A stretch of DNA of 63,641 nucleotides, filler included, from Chiloscyllium plagiosum (lineage: Eukaryota): the NCBI RefSeq assembly GCF_004010195.1. It is 5 parts of one record of this genome, joined end to end, with 100 filler letters (N's around TTAATTAATTAA, not from the genome) between each part and the next. Parts side by side here need not be neighbours in the genome. Positions count along the whole stretch, not along the records: positions 15,694 to 36,363 come from NC_057715.1; positions 36,464 to 50,227 come from NC_057715.1; 3 more parts are not named here. One strand, written 5' to 3'. Positions 25,991-37,159 of the stretch are shown piece by piece (position 1 is the stretch's first letter; each line of letters starts with the position of its first letter). The translations under genes were made by a program, and so were the position numbers. The notes below the pieces were generated by a model that saw only the letters and a program-made list of their open reading frames with translations, was not told the DNA's origin and did no database searches.

Positions 25991-26590
25991 CAGGTCACAT
26001 GGCTCAATATCAAGGACAGCTATCCCGCATCGAGGTCACATGACCCGACGTCAAGGACAATGTTCCCGCATCGAGGTCACATGACCCAACGTCAAGGACA
26101 ATGTTTCTGCACTGAGGTCACATGACCCAATGTCAAGGGCAACGTTCCTGTACTGAGGTCACATGACCCAATGTCAAGGGCAATGTTCCTGCACCGAGGT
26201 CACATGACCCAATGTCAAGGGCAATGTTTCTGCACTGAGGTCACATGACCCAATGTCAAGGGTAATGTTCCTGTACCAAGGTCACATGACCCAACGTCAA
26301 GGACAATGTTCCTGCACTGAGGTCACATGACCCAATGTCAAGGGCAACGTTCCTGTACCGAGGTCACATGACCCAACGTCAAGGGCAACGTTCCTGTACC
26401 GAGGTCACATGACCCAACGTCAAGGACAATGTTCCTGCACCAAGGTCACATGACCCAACGTCAAGGACAATGTTCCTGCACCGAGGTCACACGACCCAAT
26501 ATCAAGGACACATTTCCCATACAGAGGTCACATGACCCAAGCTCAAAGACTACTTTTCCCTACGTGATCACATAACCCAACTCAAGCAAT
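25991..26590. repeat. 41-bp minisatellite, about 15 units
   Basis: Unit GAGGTCACATGACCCAACGTCAAGGACAATGTTCCTGCACC; starts at 26032, 26073, 26114 ... 26524. Confidence 0.95.
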
Positions 26591-28000
26591 CCACGAGTGA
26601 ATGTGTTAGGCCAATGCTTCTTGAATTTAACAGCAGGTTCCAGATTCCACTGCAAAGGTCGACACATTTCTTACGGCTGCTTGTGAATATTAACACCCAG
26701 CAGCTACCTCCCACAGGGGAAACATTCCCTCCCATTATCATTAACACCCTTTCGGGCATCACATGTCACAGCATTGACATGTTGCCGGAAGCGCACTCTG
26801 CAAATGCTGAAAAACAGAAAACTGGAACAGGAGTAGGCCATTCAGCCCATCGAGCCTGCTCCACCATTCAATGTGATCATCCAACCCAGTCCCCCGTTCC
26901 ACCTGTTTCCTCCCTAAACCCTTTGGTCCCTTTAGTACAAGAGTCAGTTGACCTCAACTGAAGTTTAGCCACCCCAGACCAGTTTCGTTTCTACCAATCA
27001 CTACCGGTGACAAATATATATTGAGTCTCTGAGTTGGTGATCAATCCAAAGCCCTTTGTGCCCATACCTGATCCCTCCAACCAGATTCCAATCCAAATTT
27101 ACCAACACGTGTCATTGAATCATACACCGCAGAAAAGGCCTTTTGGCCCATTGAGTCTGCACTGCCATAACTACCACTAATGGTACGTTAATCCCCATTT
27201 CCTACACTTGTCCCTTGAACGTTATCACGTTTGAAGTGCTCATCCAAATTTTTTTTGAAGACTGTAAATTCTCCGGCATTCCCGATTTGCTGAGTGAAAC
27301 CGTTTTTTTTTCGCCAAATCCCCCTGAATCTCGTGCCCCTTCCCTTGTGATTGACCCCTCAGGCAAGGGGACTAGCCGCTCTCTATTCACCATAATAATC
27401 GCACACACCTCCATTAGGTCCCCCCTCCCTCAGCTTCTCCGTGTCCCCATCATGTCTAGTAGGAGGTGGCCATTCCAGATCAGCCTCCCTCAGCCTCTAA
27501 TGTCTCACCTCAGCTCTATAATCCACAATATGCCTTTAACCTACACACAAAAAAAAAATCTACTGACGTCACTCTGGAAAGCCTTAATCAATCACCAGCT
27601 GATTGGTGGGGAATCTAGTTTCAGATTTCCACCAGCCTTTGAATGAAAGATTGCTTCCTGCCATTACCCCTGAACAGTCTGGCTGTAATTTGGAGGTTTT
27701 GACCCCCATCCCCACCCATCCTGGATTCCACTACCCCCTCCTCACCCCAAGCTTTGCCTTGAGCAAGTCATTTCTTTCTTTTCTATCCCTTCGAAACTAC
27801 AAATCAACTTAAACTCTTTGACCTCAGCACTCGACCTTCTAAACTCAAGGGTGCGTGAAATACCTGTACAGAGGCCTGTAATCTGACACCAAGCCATCCT
27901 GTATTTACATGTGCACAGAACACAGGCTCTGACTAGCCAGCTCAGAGCCAGTCCCTAAAATGGGGAGACTCTGAGTCTCCTGTTTATTTTTTTTCTCTCC

Positions 28001-28206
28001 TGTCACCAAGTCACCCTTTATGTATATGAGCACAGTAAGTGTACTCTGACCAGCTAGCTCAGAGCCAGTCCCAAGAATGAGGGGAATTCCTGAGACTCCT
28101 GTTTATTATCTGTCTGCCTGGGCTCCCTGATTGGCCCAGGCTAACAACCCCAATCAAGGACCTCATGGTCAAAGAGGTCCAGTTGACCGTCATTCCAATC
28201 ACTGCA
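28001..28206 (-). mobile_element. Putative solo LTR, with a partial second copy near 27884-27990
   Basis: TG...CA ends; CCAAT, TATA-like and polyA-like motifs in LTR order on the minus strand; no TSD seen. Confidence 0.45.
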
Positions 28207-28625
28207 GTGTGCAAACTAAGTTTCTACCATATGCCCTCCTGAGAAGGTGGGAAACAGAATTCCATGGCAACATACCTCCTGCTTGATATTCAACAACTGA
28301 GTGTAGCTTTATCAGCACAGACATGGTGGACTGGAGGACCACTGTATGTCTCGATGGTTCTCAATGAGCAGTTAGGAGTATTGCTGGCCCTATCTCTGAG
28401 CTAAAGGGATCCATTCAAGGGATGCAGGTGTCACTGGCTGGACTGGCATTTATTGCCCATCACTAATTGCCCCAGAGGGCAGTTAAGAGTCAACCACATT
28501 GCTGTGGGTCTGGAGTCAGATCTAGGCCAGACATTAATTGTGAAAATAGCTACGAGGCTCTGCTTCAGGAGCTACACTTGCTAATGTCAGATCACATGGA
28601 ATTGGGAATAGAGTAGACAGTACCA

Positions 28626-28745
28626 GTGATGAAGGGCTTATGCCTAAATTGTTGATTCTGCTGCTCCTCGGATGCTGCCTGACCTGCTGTGCTTTTCCAG
28701 CCTCTCAACTCTGATCTCCAGCATGTGCAGTCCTCACTTTCTCTT
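28626..28745 (+). mobile_element. PLE family A terminus with a decayed hammerhead (similar copies at 49312-49430, 50606-50740, 57404-57549, 57796-57892)
   Basis: GATGAAGGGC...GATGCTGCCTGACCTGCTGTGCTTTTCCAGC...GTCCTCACTTTCTC. Confidence 0.75.
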
Positions 28746-29493
28746 AGAGTTCCAGTGATCTTTGTTCTCTCTTTCCCTTTGAAGAGAAGTCTCCATGTTC
28801 ACTGAAAAGGAAGTGAACTATCTTCCATCAACAACCTGGACATGATCTTATTATCTGGCCCACATCTTGGCAAAAGACATAAAAATATCAAGAACCTCAC
28901 TTAAGAGGTCTCTATCACACCAATCTCGATTGTAGAGAAAGTGAGGAACAGGTGGTGGTCCTCCTACCCTCATGTTTGTTGCTGACTGTCACACCCAGTC
29001 AGGATATCATACCCCTAACTTTCGCCATACGGACTTCAGGTAAAGGTGGACAGTCAAACATTGACGTCAAAAAATGATACCCAGTTGGTCACTGAGAGTG
29101 AAGTGTTGCACAGAAACACAACCCACTCATGTCTAAACCTGGACCTGGTCCATCCCAGTCCAACACCAGCACCTCAGAACATAAGCCTGTGGTTCCGGAT
29201 TACTAATCCAGTACCATCCCACTAACCAGGGAGAAGGTTTAGGTTGAGGATCCACTTGAGATGCTGAACAGAGCTGCAAGACCAAGTGCCTTTCTCCCGC
29301 TCCTCCTCAGCACATTCTTACATTGGAAGCTAGAAATCAAATCCCCTCCATTTCTCCCAAACCCTCCATCACCAGAACTCAACGTGAACCAGCTGGGATC
29401 ATAGCCTTAATCAACACCAAGCCAGAGCACTCTCCTGACCCCCAGCCTCAGACTGGACTGGCTGAAAACTGCAGAGGAAGATCCCGACCTTAC

Positions 29494-29580
29494 CTAGAAC
29501 TCCGAAATGGTTTGAAGATCTTGATCTCCTGGTGCCTGGCTGCCTCGGGGAGCAGTTTCTGCACTGGTCGAAAGACACCT
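29494..29580 (-). CDS. ATG16L2: ATG16L2-like linker exon (exon 7 equivalent), GVFRPVQKLLPEAARHQEIKIFKPFRSS(R)
   Basis: 87 nt; tttcag acceptor and gtaagg donor; phase 2 to 2; KPFRS resembles ATG16L2 KRPFRS. Confidence 0.78.
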   Translation of the reverse strand, partial: RCLSTSAETAPRGSQAPGDQDLQTISEF

Positions 29581-31705
29581 CTGAAATTCAAAGGAGAGTT
29601 TGTTACGTGACCTAATCAGGAACGACACATAGCCAATTAATCGTGCACTGTCAACAGGGGCAGTGTTATTGGGAAGAAAATGGCAAATGTATCATGAAAA
29701 GATTGTTGATCCAGAGTGACGACATTAGGCACCCATTCAGACCAGGATGTAAAGGTCCAGTGTGTGAATGAGTCAAATCTAGCACATAAAATATAGTGTG
29801 AGCCCCGATGTGTTCAGTGTTTTCTAGCATAGGTGCAAACACAGCATCTGTACCATTGTGAAAGAGACTGCCAAACTAGGTCACATTCCTCTTGGCAACA
29901 CTCTGACCAATCAGCATCCACTGAGCTGAGGCTTCATGATCAGCCATGATGGCATGAATGGAGGAGCGGGCTTGAGGGGCCGAATGGCCTACTTCTGCTC
30001 CTATTTCTTATGGTAGATTATCAAATCCCTATAGTGTGAAAGCGGGCCATTCAGCCCATCGAGTCTGCACTGATCCTCCAAACAGCATACCATCTAGACC
30101 CACCACCCCCCTACCCTATCCCTGCATTTCCCATGGCTATCCCACCCAGCCTGCACATCCCTGAACACTATGGGCAATTTAGCATGGCCAATCCACTTAA
30201 CCTGCACATCTTTCGACTGAGGGGGGGAAACCGGAGCACCCGGAGGAAACCCACATAAACATGGGAAGAAGGTGCAAACTTCACACAGACATCACCCAAT
30301 GCTGGCATTGAACCTGAGTCCCTCGCGCTGTGAGGAAGCAGTGCTAACCACTGAGCCACCATGCTAGCCTCAGATGAAGAAATTCAAATTCAGAAAAAAA
30401 TGTGGAATAAATAAAAAATTGACTCACACCAACTATTGGCAATTGTCCAACCCACCTGGCTCACTAATGTCCTTCAGGGAAGGAAATCAGCCATCTCTTA
30501 CCTGGTCTGGACTACACTTAACTCCAGACCTTGTAGAAATGCGGTTGATCTTAACTGCTCTCTGGGCAATTAGGGATGGGCAATAAATGCTGGTTTAGCC
30601 AGCGATGCCCAATCCCATGAAGAAATAATCAGCCATTCCAATCCATTTACAGTGTAATAGGTACGACCTGGTGCCTGCAGTACTTAATGGGGCCTGTTGG
30701 TGATGCTGCTGAGCAAGAGCCACACAATGGGGTTCAGTCGGAACGAGGTTGATCTATCCTTTATCTGTCTAGGATGAATAATCTCACATTTACTTACAGT
30801 TTTACCCTTCACCTGGAGGTGTACAGCATGGAAACAGACCCTTCGGTCCAACTCGTCCATGCTGACCAAATATCCCAAATTAATCCAGTTCCATTTGCCA
30901 GCACTTGGCCCATATCCCTCCAAACCCTTCCTATTCAGATACCCATCCAGATGCCTTTTAAATGTCGTAATTGTATCAGCCTCCACCACTTCCTCTGGCA
31001 TCTCATTCCATACAAGCACCACACTCTGTGTAAAAAAAGATACCCCTTAGGTTCCTTTTAAATCTTTCAACTCTAACCCTAAACCTATGCCCTCTAGTTT
31101 TGGACTCCCCAACCCCAGGGAAAAGTACCTTGACTATTCAACCGTCATGATTTTATAAGCTGCTGACACCCCAGGGAAAATAGCTACAGATCCCTTTCAT
31201 AGAATCCCTACAGTGTGGAAGCAGGCCCTCCGAAGAGTAACCCATCCAGATCCATTCCCCCTACCCTATATTTAGCCCTGACTAATGTACCTAACCCACA
31301 CATCCCGGGGCAATTTAGCATGGGCAATTCACCTGACTTGCACACCTTTGGACTGTGAGAGGAAACTGGAGCACCCGGAGGAAACCCACACAGACACGGG
31401 GAGAATGTGCAAACTCAACACAGACAGTCGCCCAAGGCTGGAATCCAACCCGGGTCCCTGGCGCTGTGAGGCAGCAGTGCTAACCACTGAGCCACCGTGC
31501 CACCCGAAATTTTACAAATTAATGCTATCATCAACACTGTCTACAATACTGTCGAATCTTGTGTCATTAGTAAATTTGGATATATGACTTTGTCGACTGA
31601 TTAACGATATGAATAATGGCAATGTGAATAACTTGAACCCAACACATAAAAAAATAGACTCATACCAACTGTTGTGGTTCTGTTCGCCGAGCTGGAAGTT
31701 TTTGT

Positions 31706-31746
31706 TGCAAACGTTTCGTCCCCTGGCTAGGCAACATCCTCAGTGC
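31706..31746 (-). ncRNA. Minimal hammerhead motif (family C), left arm
   Basis: gca-CTGAGGA-T-GTT...GAC-GAAACGTT-tgc on the minus strand. Confidence 0.6.
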
Positions 31747-31963
31747 TTGGGAGCCTCCTGCGAAGCGCTTCTTTGATGTTTCCTCCGGCATTTATAGTGG
31801 TCTGTCCCTGCCGCTTCCGGTTGTCAGTTTCAGCTGTCCGCTGTAGTGGTTGGTATATTGGGTCCACAGCGGACAGCTGAAACTGACAACCGGAAGCGGC
31901 AGGGACAGACCACTATAAACACCGGAGGAAACATCAAAGAAGCGCTTCGCAGGAGGCTCCCAA

Positions 31964-32003
31964 GCACTGATGATGTCGCCTAGCCAGGGGACGAAACGTT
32001 TGC
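31964..32003 (+). ncRNA. Minimal hammerhead motif (family C), right arm
   Basis: gca-CTGATGA-T-GTCgCCT-agcc-AGGgGAC-GAAACGTT-tgc. Confidence 0.7.
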
Positions 32004-32431
32004 AACAAAAACTTCCAGCTCGGCGAACAGAACCACAACAACGAGCACCCGAGCTACAAATCTTCGCACAAACTTTGGACTCATACCAACTACTGGCGAT
32101 TGTCCAACCCACCTGGCTCACTAGTGTCCTTCAGGGAAGGAAATCAGCCATCCCTTACCTTTTTAACACACCCTATCCCTGAGAGATATCACTGATCACA
32201 ACGTGCCAAATGGAGAAACCACCTTTCTGCAAGTTATTGGAAAGGGAAATAAAACAAAGTTGAAAGGAAAGAGCAGGGAATCAGAACACTTCAGAATAGC
32301 AGCCACAGGTATGATGGGCCAAATGGCCATCTCTGTATTCCAGCCTATTCAGAGATGTTGAGCACAATAATAGCCGTGTGGTGGGTAGAGGAGCCATGCA
32401 ATCTTTCTTCAGTAAAACAGGCCTCACTCAC

Positions 32432-32497
32432 GTGTCCATCGAGATGGGAACCCGGGAAATGACAGCCAGGTCTTTCTCCAAGTTCTTCTCCTGGACC
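32432..32497 (-). CDS. ATG16L2: ATG16L2-like coding exon (exon 6 equivalent), VQEKNLEKDLAVISRVPISMD(T)
   Basis: 66 nt; ctttctcag acceptor and gtgagt donor; phase 2 to 2, in frame with neighbours. Confidence 0.85.
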
Positions 32498-32619
32498 CTG
32501 AGAAAGATACACAGAACACTCATCAGCCCAAGCACTACACAGTGATCTTCTCGCAAGCAACCCGTACAAACACACTTGAGTTTTCAAAAGACACAATATC
32601 ATGCAGGGGAACAATGTTT

Positions 32620-33560
32620 GATGGGGGAGAGTGTAGAAGGACCCTTACACTGTATCTAACCCCGTGCTGTCCCTCTCCTGGGAGTGGTAGATGGGGATAG
32701 TGTAGAGAAAGCTTTACTCTGAATCTAACCCCGTGCTGTCCCTCTCCTGGGAGTGGTAGATGGGGACAGTGTAGAGAGAGCTTTACTCTGAATCTAACCC
32801 CATGCTGTCCCCATCCTGTGAGCAGTGGATGGGGACAGTGTAGAGTGAGCTTTACTCTGTATCTAACCCCATGCTGTCCCCATCCTGGGAGTGGTGGATG
32901 GGGACAGTGTAGAGGGAGCTTTACTCTATATCTAACCCTGTGCTGTCCCCATTCTGGGAGTGATAGATGGGGACAGTGTAGAGGGAGCTTTACTCTGAAT
33001 CTAACCCCGTGCTATCCCCATCCTGGGAGTGTTGGATGGTGACAGTGTTGAGGAAGCTTTACTCTGAATCTAACCCCGTGCTGTCCCCATCCTGGGAGTG
33101 GTGGATGGGGACAGTGTAGAGAGAGCTTTACTCTGTATCTAACCCCGTGCTGTCCTCTCCTGGGAGTGGTAGATGGGGATAGTGTAGAGAAAGCTTTACT
33201 CTGAATCTAATCCCGTGCTGTCCCTCTCCTGGGAGTGGTAGATGGGGACAGTGTAGAGAGAGCTTTACTCTGTATCTAACCCCATGCTGTCCCCATCCTG
33301 GGAGTGGTGGATGGGGACAGTGTAGAGGGAGCTTTACTCTATATCTAACCCCGTGCTGTCCCCATTCTGGGAGTGATGGATGGGGACAGTGTAGAGGGAG
33401 CTTTACTCTGTATCTAACCCCATGCTGTCCCCATCCTGGGAGTGATGGATGGTGACAGTGTTGAGGAAGCTTTACTCTGAATCTAACCCCGTGCTGTCCC
33501 CATCCTGGGAGTGGTGGATGGGGACTGTGTAGAGGGAGCTTTACTCTGTATCTCACCGTG
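32620..33560. repeat. 69-bp minisatellite, about 13.5 units, filling most of intron 5
   Basis: Unit CTGGGAGTGGTGGATGGGGACAGTGTAGAGGGAGCTTTACTCTGTATCTAACCCCGTGCTGTCCCCATC. Confidence 0.95.
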
Positions 33561-33649
33561 TGCCGTGTAGACAGCTGCCACTTGGTAACAATGGAATGAA
33601 TGTTATGTTTGCCTGTTTTCTGAGGGAGTCAGTGGTTCAGCTCCGTTAC

Positions 33650-33901
33650 CTCTTTGGCTTCTCGTTCCGATAATTCAGATCTCTCGCCGCTTGAACCTTG
33701 ATGTCAATCATGTTCTGGATCAGTTCTGTTCCCTCCACCTCCCGCTTCAGAAGTTGCTCCCACTGTGAACGGTAAAGCTGCTGAAGGTTATCATAATCCT
33801 CCTTCACCCTGGCATTGGCTTTCTCCAATTCCTCGAATCGCTCCAGTAATCGCTCCCGCTCTCCCTCCAGCTCAGACAGCCTCACCTCCAACTCCACCAA
33901 C
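33650..33901 (-). CDS. ATG16L2: ATG16L2-like coiled-coil exon (exon 5 equivalent), LVELEVRLSELEGERERLLERFEELEKANARVKEDYDNLQ...NYRNEKPK(R)
   Basis: 252 nt; tctag acceptor and gtaacg donor; phase 2 to 2; heptad coiled coil with ATG16-domain-like KEDYDNLQ. Confidence 0.9.
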
Positions 33902-34243
33902 CTAGACACAGTGTGGACAGTTACCGCAGGGAACATCAGAATGGGCACGCCCTACACCCAGAGAGTGAAATACCCCTCTGTAGGAAAGGGAGAAAGAGAC
34001 AGGAAGGAAAAGAGGAAAAGTGGATAGAGATATATATTTGGAGAGAGCTACAGAGAGAGAGAGGTCACAGAGAGACAGAGAGAGAGAGATACACAGAGAA
34101 AAAGAAAGGGGTCCAAACACACACATAGAGACAGAGGCAGAGACAGAGAGAGATGTAGAGAGAGATACAGGGAGCAAGAGATAGGAAGCGAGAGGTAGAG
34201 AGCAAGCAGTAGGGAGAGAGATAGAGAGACTAAAATAAAATGG

Positions 34244-34471
34244 AGACAGTGAGGTCTGCAGATGCTGGAGATCAGAGTTGAGACTGGTGTTGCTGGAAAA
34301 GCACAGCAGGTCAGGCAGTATCCGAAGAGCAGGAAAATCGACGTTTCGGGCAAAAGCCTTTCATCAGGAATGCGCTGAATTCCTGATGAAGGGCTCCAGC
34401 CCAAAACGTTGATTTTCCTGCTCCTCGGATGCTGCCTGACCTGCTGTGCTTTTCCAACATCACACTCTCAA
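34244..34471. mobile_element. PLE family A palindromic terminal insertion with two head-to-head, partly mutated hammerhead motifs
   Basis: Inverted arms around a 7-nt spacer near 34372-34378. Confidence 0.82.
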
Positions 34472-34639
34472 GACTAAGATAGAAGACAGGGAGTAATACG
34501 GGACAGGGAGAGAAAGGGAGAGAAGGGGGAAGTGAGAGACACAAAGAGAGAGTAAGAAAGATAAAAGACAGGAAGCAAAATGGGACAGAGGGAGAGAAAT
34601 ATGAAAGAAACAACAAAGGAAGAGAAAATAAGATTATTA

Positions 34640-35005
34640 AAGGATTAAAGGATTGGACACTCTGGAGGCAGGAAACACGTTTCCGCTGATGGGTGAGCAC
34701 CGGACCAGAGGACACAGCTTAAAAATACGGGGTAGACCATTTAGGACAGAGATGAGGAGAAACCTCTTCACCCAAAGAGTGGTGGGTGTGTGGAATGCTC
34801 TGCCCCAGAGGGCAGTGGAGGCCCAGTCTCTGGATTCATTTAAGAAAGAGTTGGATAAAGCTCTCAAGGATAGTGGAATCAAGGGTTATGGAGATAAGGC
34901 AGGAACAGGATACTGATTAGGAATGATCAGCCATGATCATATTGAATGGTGGTGCAGGCTCGAAGGGCTGAATGGTCTACTCCTGCACCTATTGTCTATT
35001 GTCTA
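34640..35005 (+). mobile_element. CR1-type LINE 3' end
   Basis: ORF 34653..34916 with RTRGHSLKIRG and FTQRVVGVWNALP; (tattgtc)n tail. Confidence 0.9.
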
Positions 35006-36089
35006 AAATACATTTAGAAATCAGGGAGAAAAGGGGAAAGAGAGAGAGAACTAGAGAGAAAGGGACTGGGTCAAAGAATCACTGGGAAAGAGAAACAGAG
35101 AAAAAGAGATGGAAAAGTTAAATGAGCAAATTGGGGGAAAAGACAGAGATAGAACATAGAATATGGAACATAGAACAGTACAGCACAGGACAGGCCCTTG
35201 GGCCCCCGATGTTGTGCCGAGGTTTAATCCTAATGTAAAATATAGTAACTGAACCTACACATCCCTCAACTCACTGTTATCCATGTGCATGTCCAGCAGT
35301 CGCTTAACTGTCCCCAATGACTCTGCTGCCACCACCACCGCTGGCAACACATGCCATACATTCACAACTCTCTGCGAAAACCTTCTTTGCACCCTCTCCA
35401 AAGCCTCTGTAAGCTTTCCTATAGTAGGGTGACCAGAACTGAACACAATATTCCAAGATGGAGAGAGTAAAAGCAAGAGACAGACATAAAAAGCAGACAT
35501 AGAAAGGAGAGAGAGAGAGAGAAGAAACAAAGTGTGGAGGGAAATGGAGAAAGAGGAAGAGTAAACAAGAGAGAAAGAATTTGTGTCGCACATTTCACAA
35601 CTTCCCATCACTAAAGTGCATTAAAACAATGATGTCCTTTTCTTTACAGGGTATTAATGTAATGGTGTAGGAGATACTAGAGTTAATGCGCATATGAAGC
35701 ATGTGATCATCTTTGCCATAATGGTGAACAAACGCGAGGTGGAAGGGGAGCTGCTCTGTTCCATGCTGTTGTCAACACAGTGAGACAGGGGCCTGTACTC
35801 TCACTGTGAACGAGCTGACTGCACACATGGAGGGACCAACAGGACTCAGCTAGCCAAGTGTCAGACAGCAAACCATTTTCTAGTCAAACTAAACCAGTCT
35901 CAAGTAGTTAACAAGCTAAACTTTACTGGATGTTTAGTAATTTGTTAAGTAACTGAATTAATAAACATCGTTACAGAGACAATGACCAGGACCTGACATC
36001 AATCTAAATCCTTCCAGATACCAAATCTTTTGTTCACATGACCACATGACATTATAGTGGGTGGTGCTTAAGGCACTCTGCAATATTAA

Positions 36090-36363
36090 CCCTTCCCCTC
36101 CAACAGTCCAGTACTCCCTCAGCACTGACCCTCCGACAGTGCGGCACTCCCTCAGCACTGACCCTGCGACAGTGCGGCACTCCCTCAGCACTGACCCTCC
36201 GTCAGTCCAGTACTCTCTCAGCACTGACCCTGCGACATGCAGTACTCTCTCAGCACTGATTCTCCGACAGTGCGGCGCTCCCTCGGCACTCACCCTGCGA
36301 CAGTGCGGCGCTCCCTCGGCGCTGACCCCCCCGACAGTGCGGCGCTCCCACAGCACTGACCCT
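36090..36363. repeat. 33-bp minisatellite running into a gap
   Basis: Unit CCCTCCGACAGTGCGGCACTCCCTCAGCACTGA, about 8 copies. Confidence 0.92.
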
Positions 36364-36463
36364 NNNNNNNNNNNNNNNNNNNNNNNNNNNNNNNNNNNNN
36401 NNNNNNNTTAATTAATTAANNNNNNNNNNNNNNNNNNNNNNNNNNNNNNNNNNNNNNNNNNNN
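36364..36463. other. 100-bp assembly gap with artificial TTAATTAATTAA spacer (also 15594-15693, 50228-50326, 60732-60831)
   Basis: About 44 N, an identical 12-mer with stops in all frames, then about 44 N, at four sites. Confidence 0.9.
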
Positions 36464-36647
36464 GAAGAGGGAAAGAAAGGGGAAGGGAGTGGGGGAGGGT
36501 GTGGGGGAGGGAAAAAGAGAAAAGGACAGAGAAAGAGAGAGAAAGGGAGAGAAAGAACTTAATAATGAACAAAAAAAAAGACCAAATGAAGGAGACAGAA
36601 AAAGAGAGAGAGAGACCGAGAGGTGCGGCGGGGAGAAACTAACTCAC

Positions 36648-36732
36648 CTCTCCATTTGCCTGATACATTTCGATCAGTTCCTTTCGATGTCTGCTCTGTA
36701 AGCTTACCACATTCTGGGGTTCGGGAGATAGG
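36648..36732 (-). CDS. ATG16L2: ATG16L2-like coding exon (exon 3 equivalent), LSPEPQNVVSLQSRHRKELIEMYQANGE
   Basis: 85 nt; cttttcag acceptor and gtgagt donor; phase 2 to 0, in frame with exon 2; resembles ATG16L1 LRIKHQEELTELHKKRGE. Confidence 0.82.
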
Positions 36733-37159
36733 CTGAAAAGTAAACAACAAAAAGAAAATTCCTGAAATCCTGTCATGACTGTTTCAAGAGTCATACTGGA
36801 CTGAAAACATTAATGCTGTCTCTTTCTCTCCACAGACGCTGCAAGAGCTACTGAGTTTCTCCAGCAATTTCTACATTAACTTCAGGTTTTGCTTTATTTA
36901 ATGGTGTTCCCTTTGACTGGCGACAGAGCCTGAATCCTTACCCATCTTCTTGTCAAACTTTATCTTAGCAACCTCTTCTCCACCTCTTTTTAATGTCCCA
37001 TTTCCCCCAGATTTGGGTAATTGAGATGATATCTCTCCTTAACCTTCGCTGGTCTAGGAGGAGAATCCCAGTTTCACCAAAGCCCTCACAAGGCCATGAA
37101 ATCCTTCCGGCCTTGTACTTTTACAGTAAATCTCCTGTGCACCTTCTCCAAGGGCTCAG

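Larger units (their letters stand above)
31671..32077. mobile_element. PLE family C palindromic insertion
   Basis: 174-bp inverted arms (31671-31844 and 31866-32039), 38-nt tail, 14-bp TSD GACTCATACCAACT (31657-31670 and 32078-32091). Confidence 0.88.

Noticed and set aside
25991..26590. CRISPR-like regular repeat (also 32620-33560 and 36090-36363)
   Set aside because: Units are contiguous with no unique spacers, there are no cas genes, and the context is vertebrate; these are minisatellites.
36559..36750. ORF-track frame PISRTPECGK... as the exon 3 translation
   Set aside because: Wrong frame; phase with exon 2 and homology support LSPEPQNVVSLQSRHRKELIEMYQANGE.
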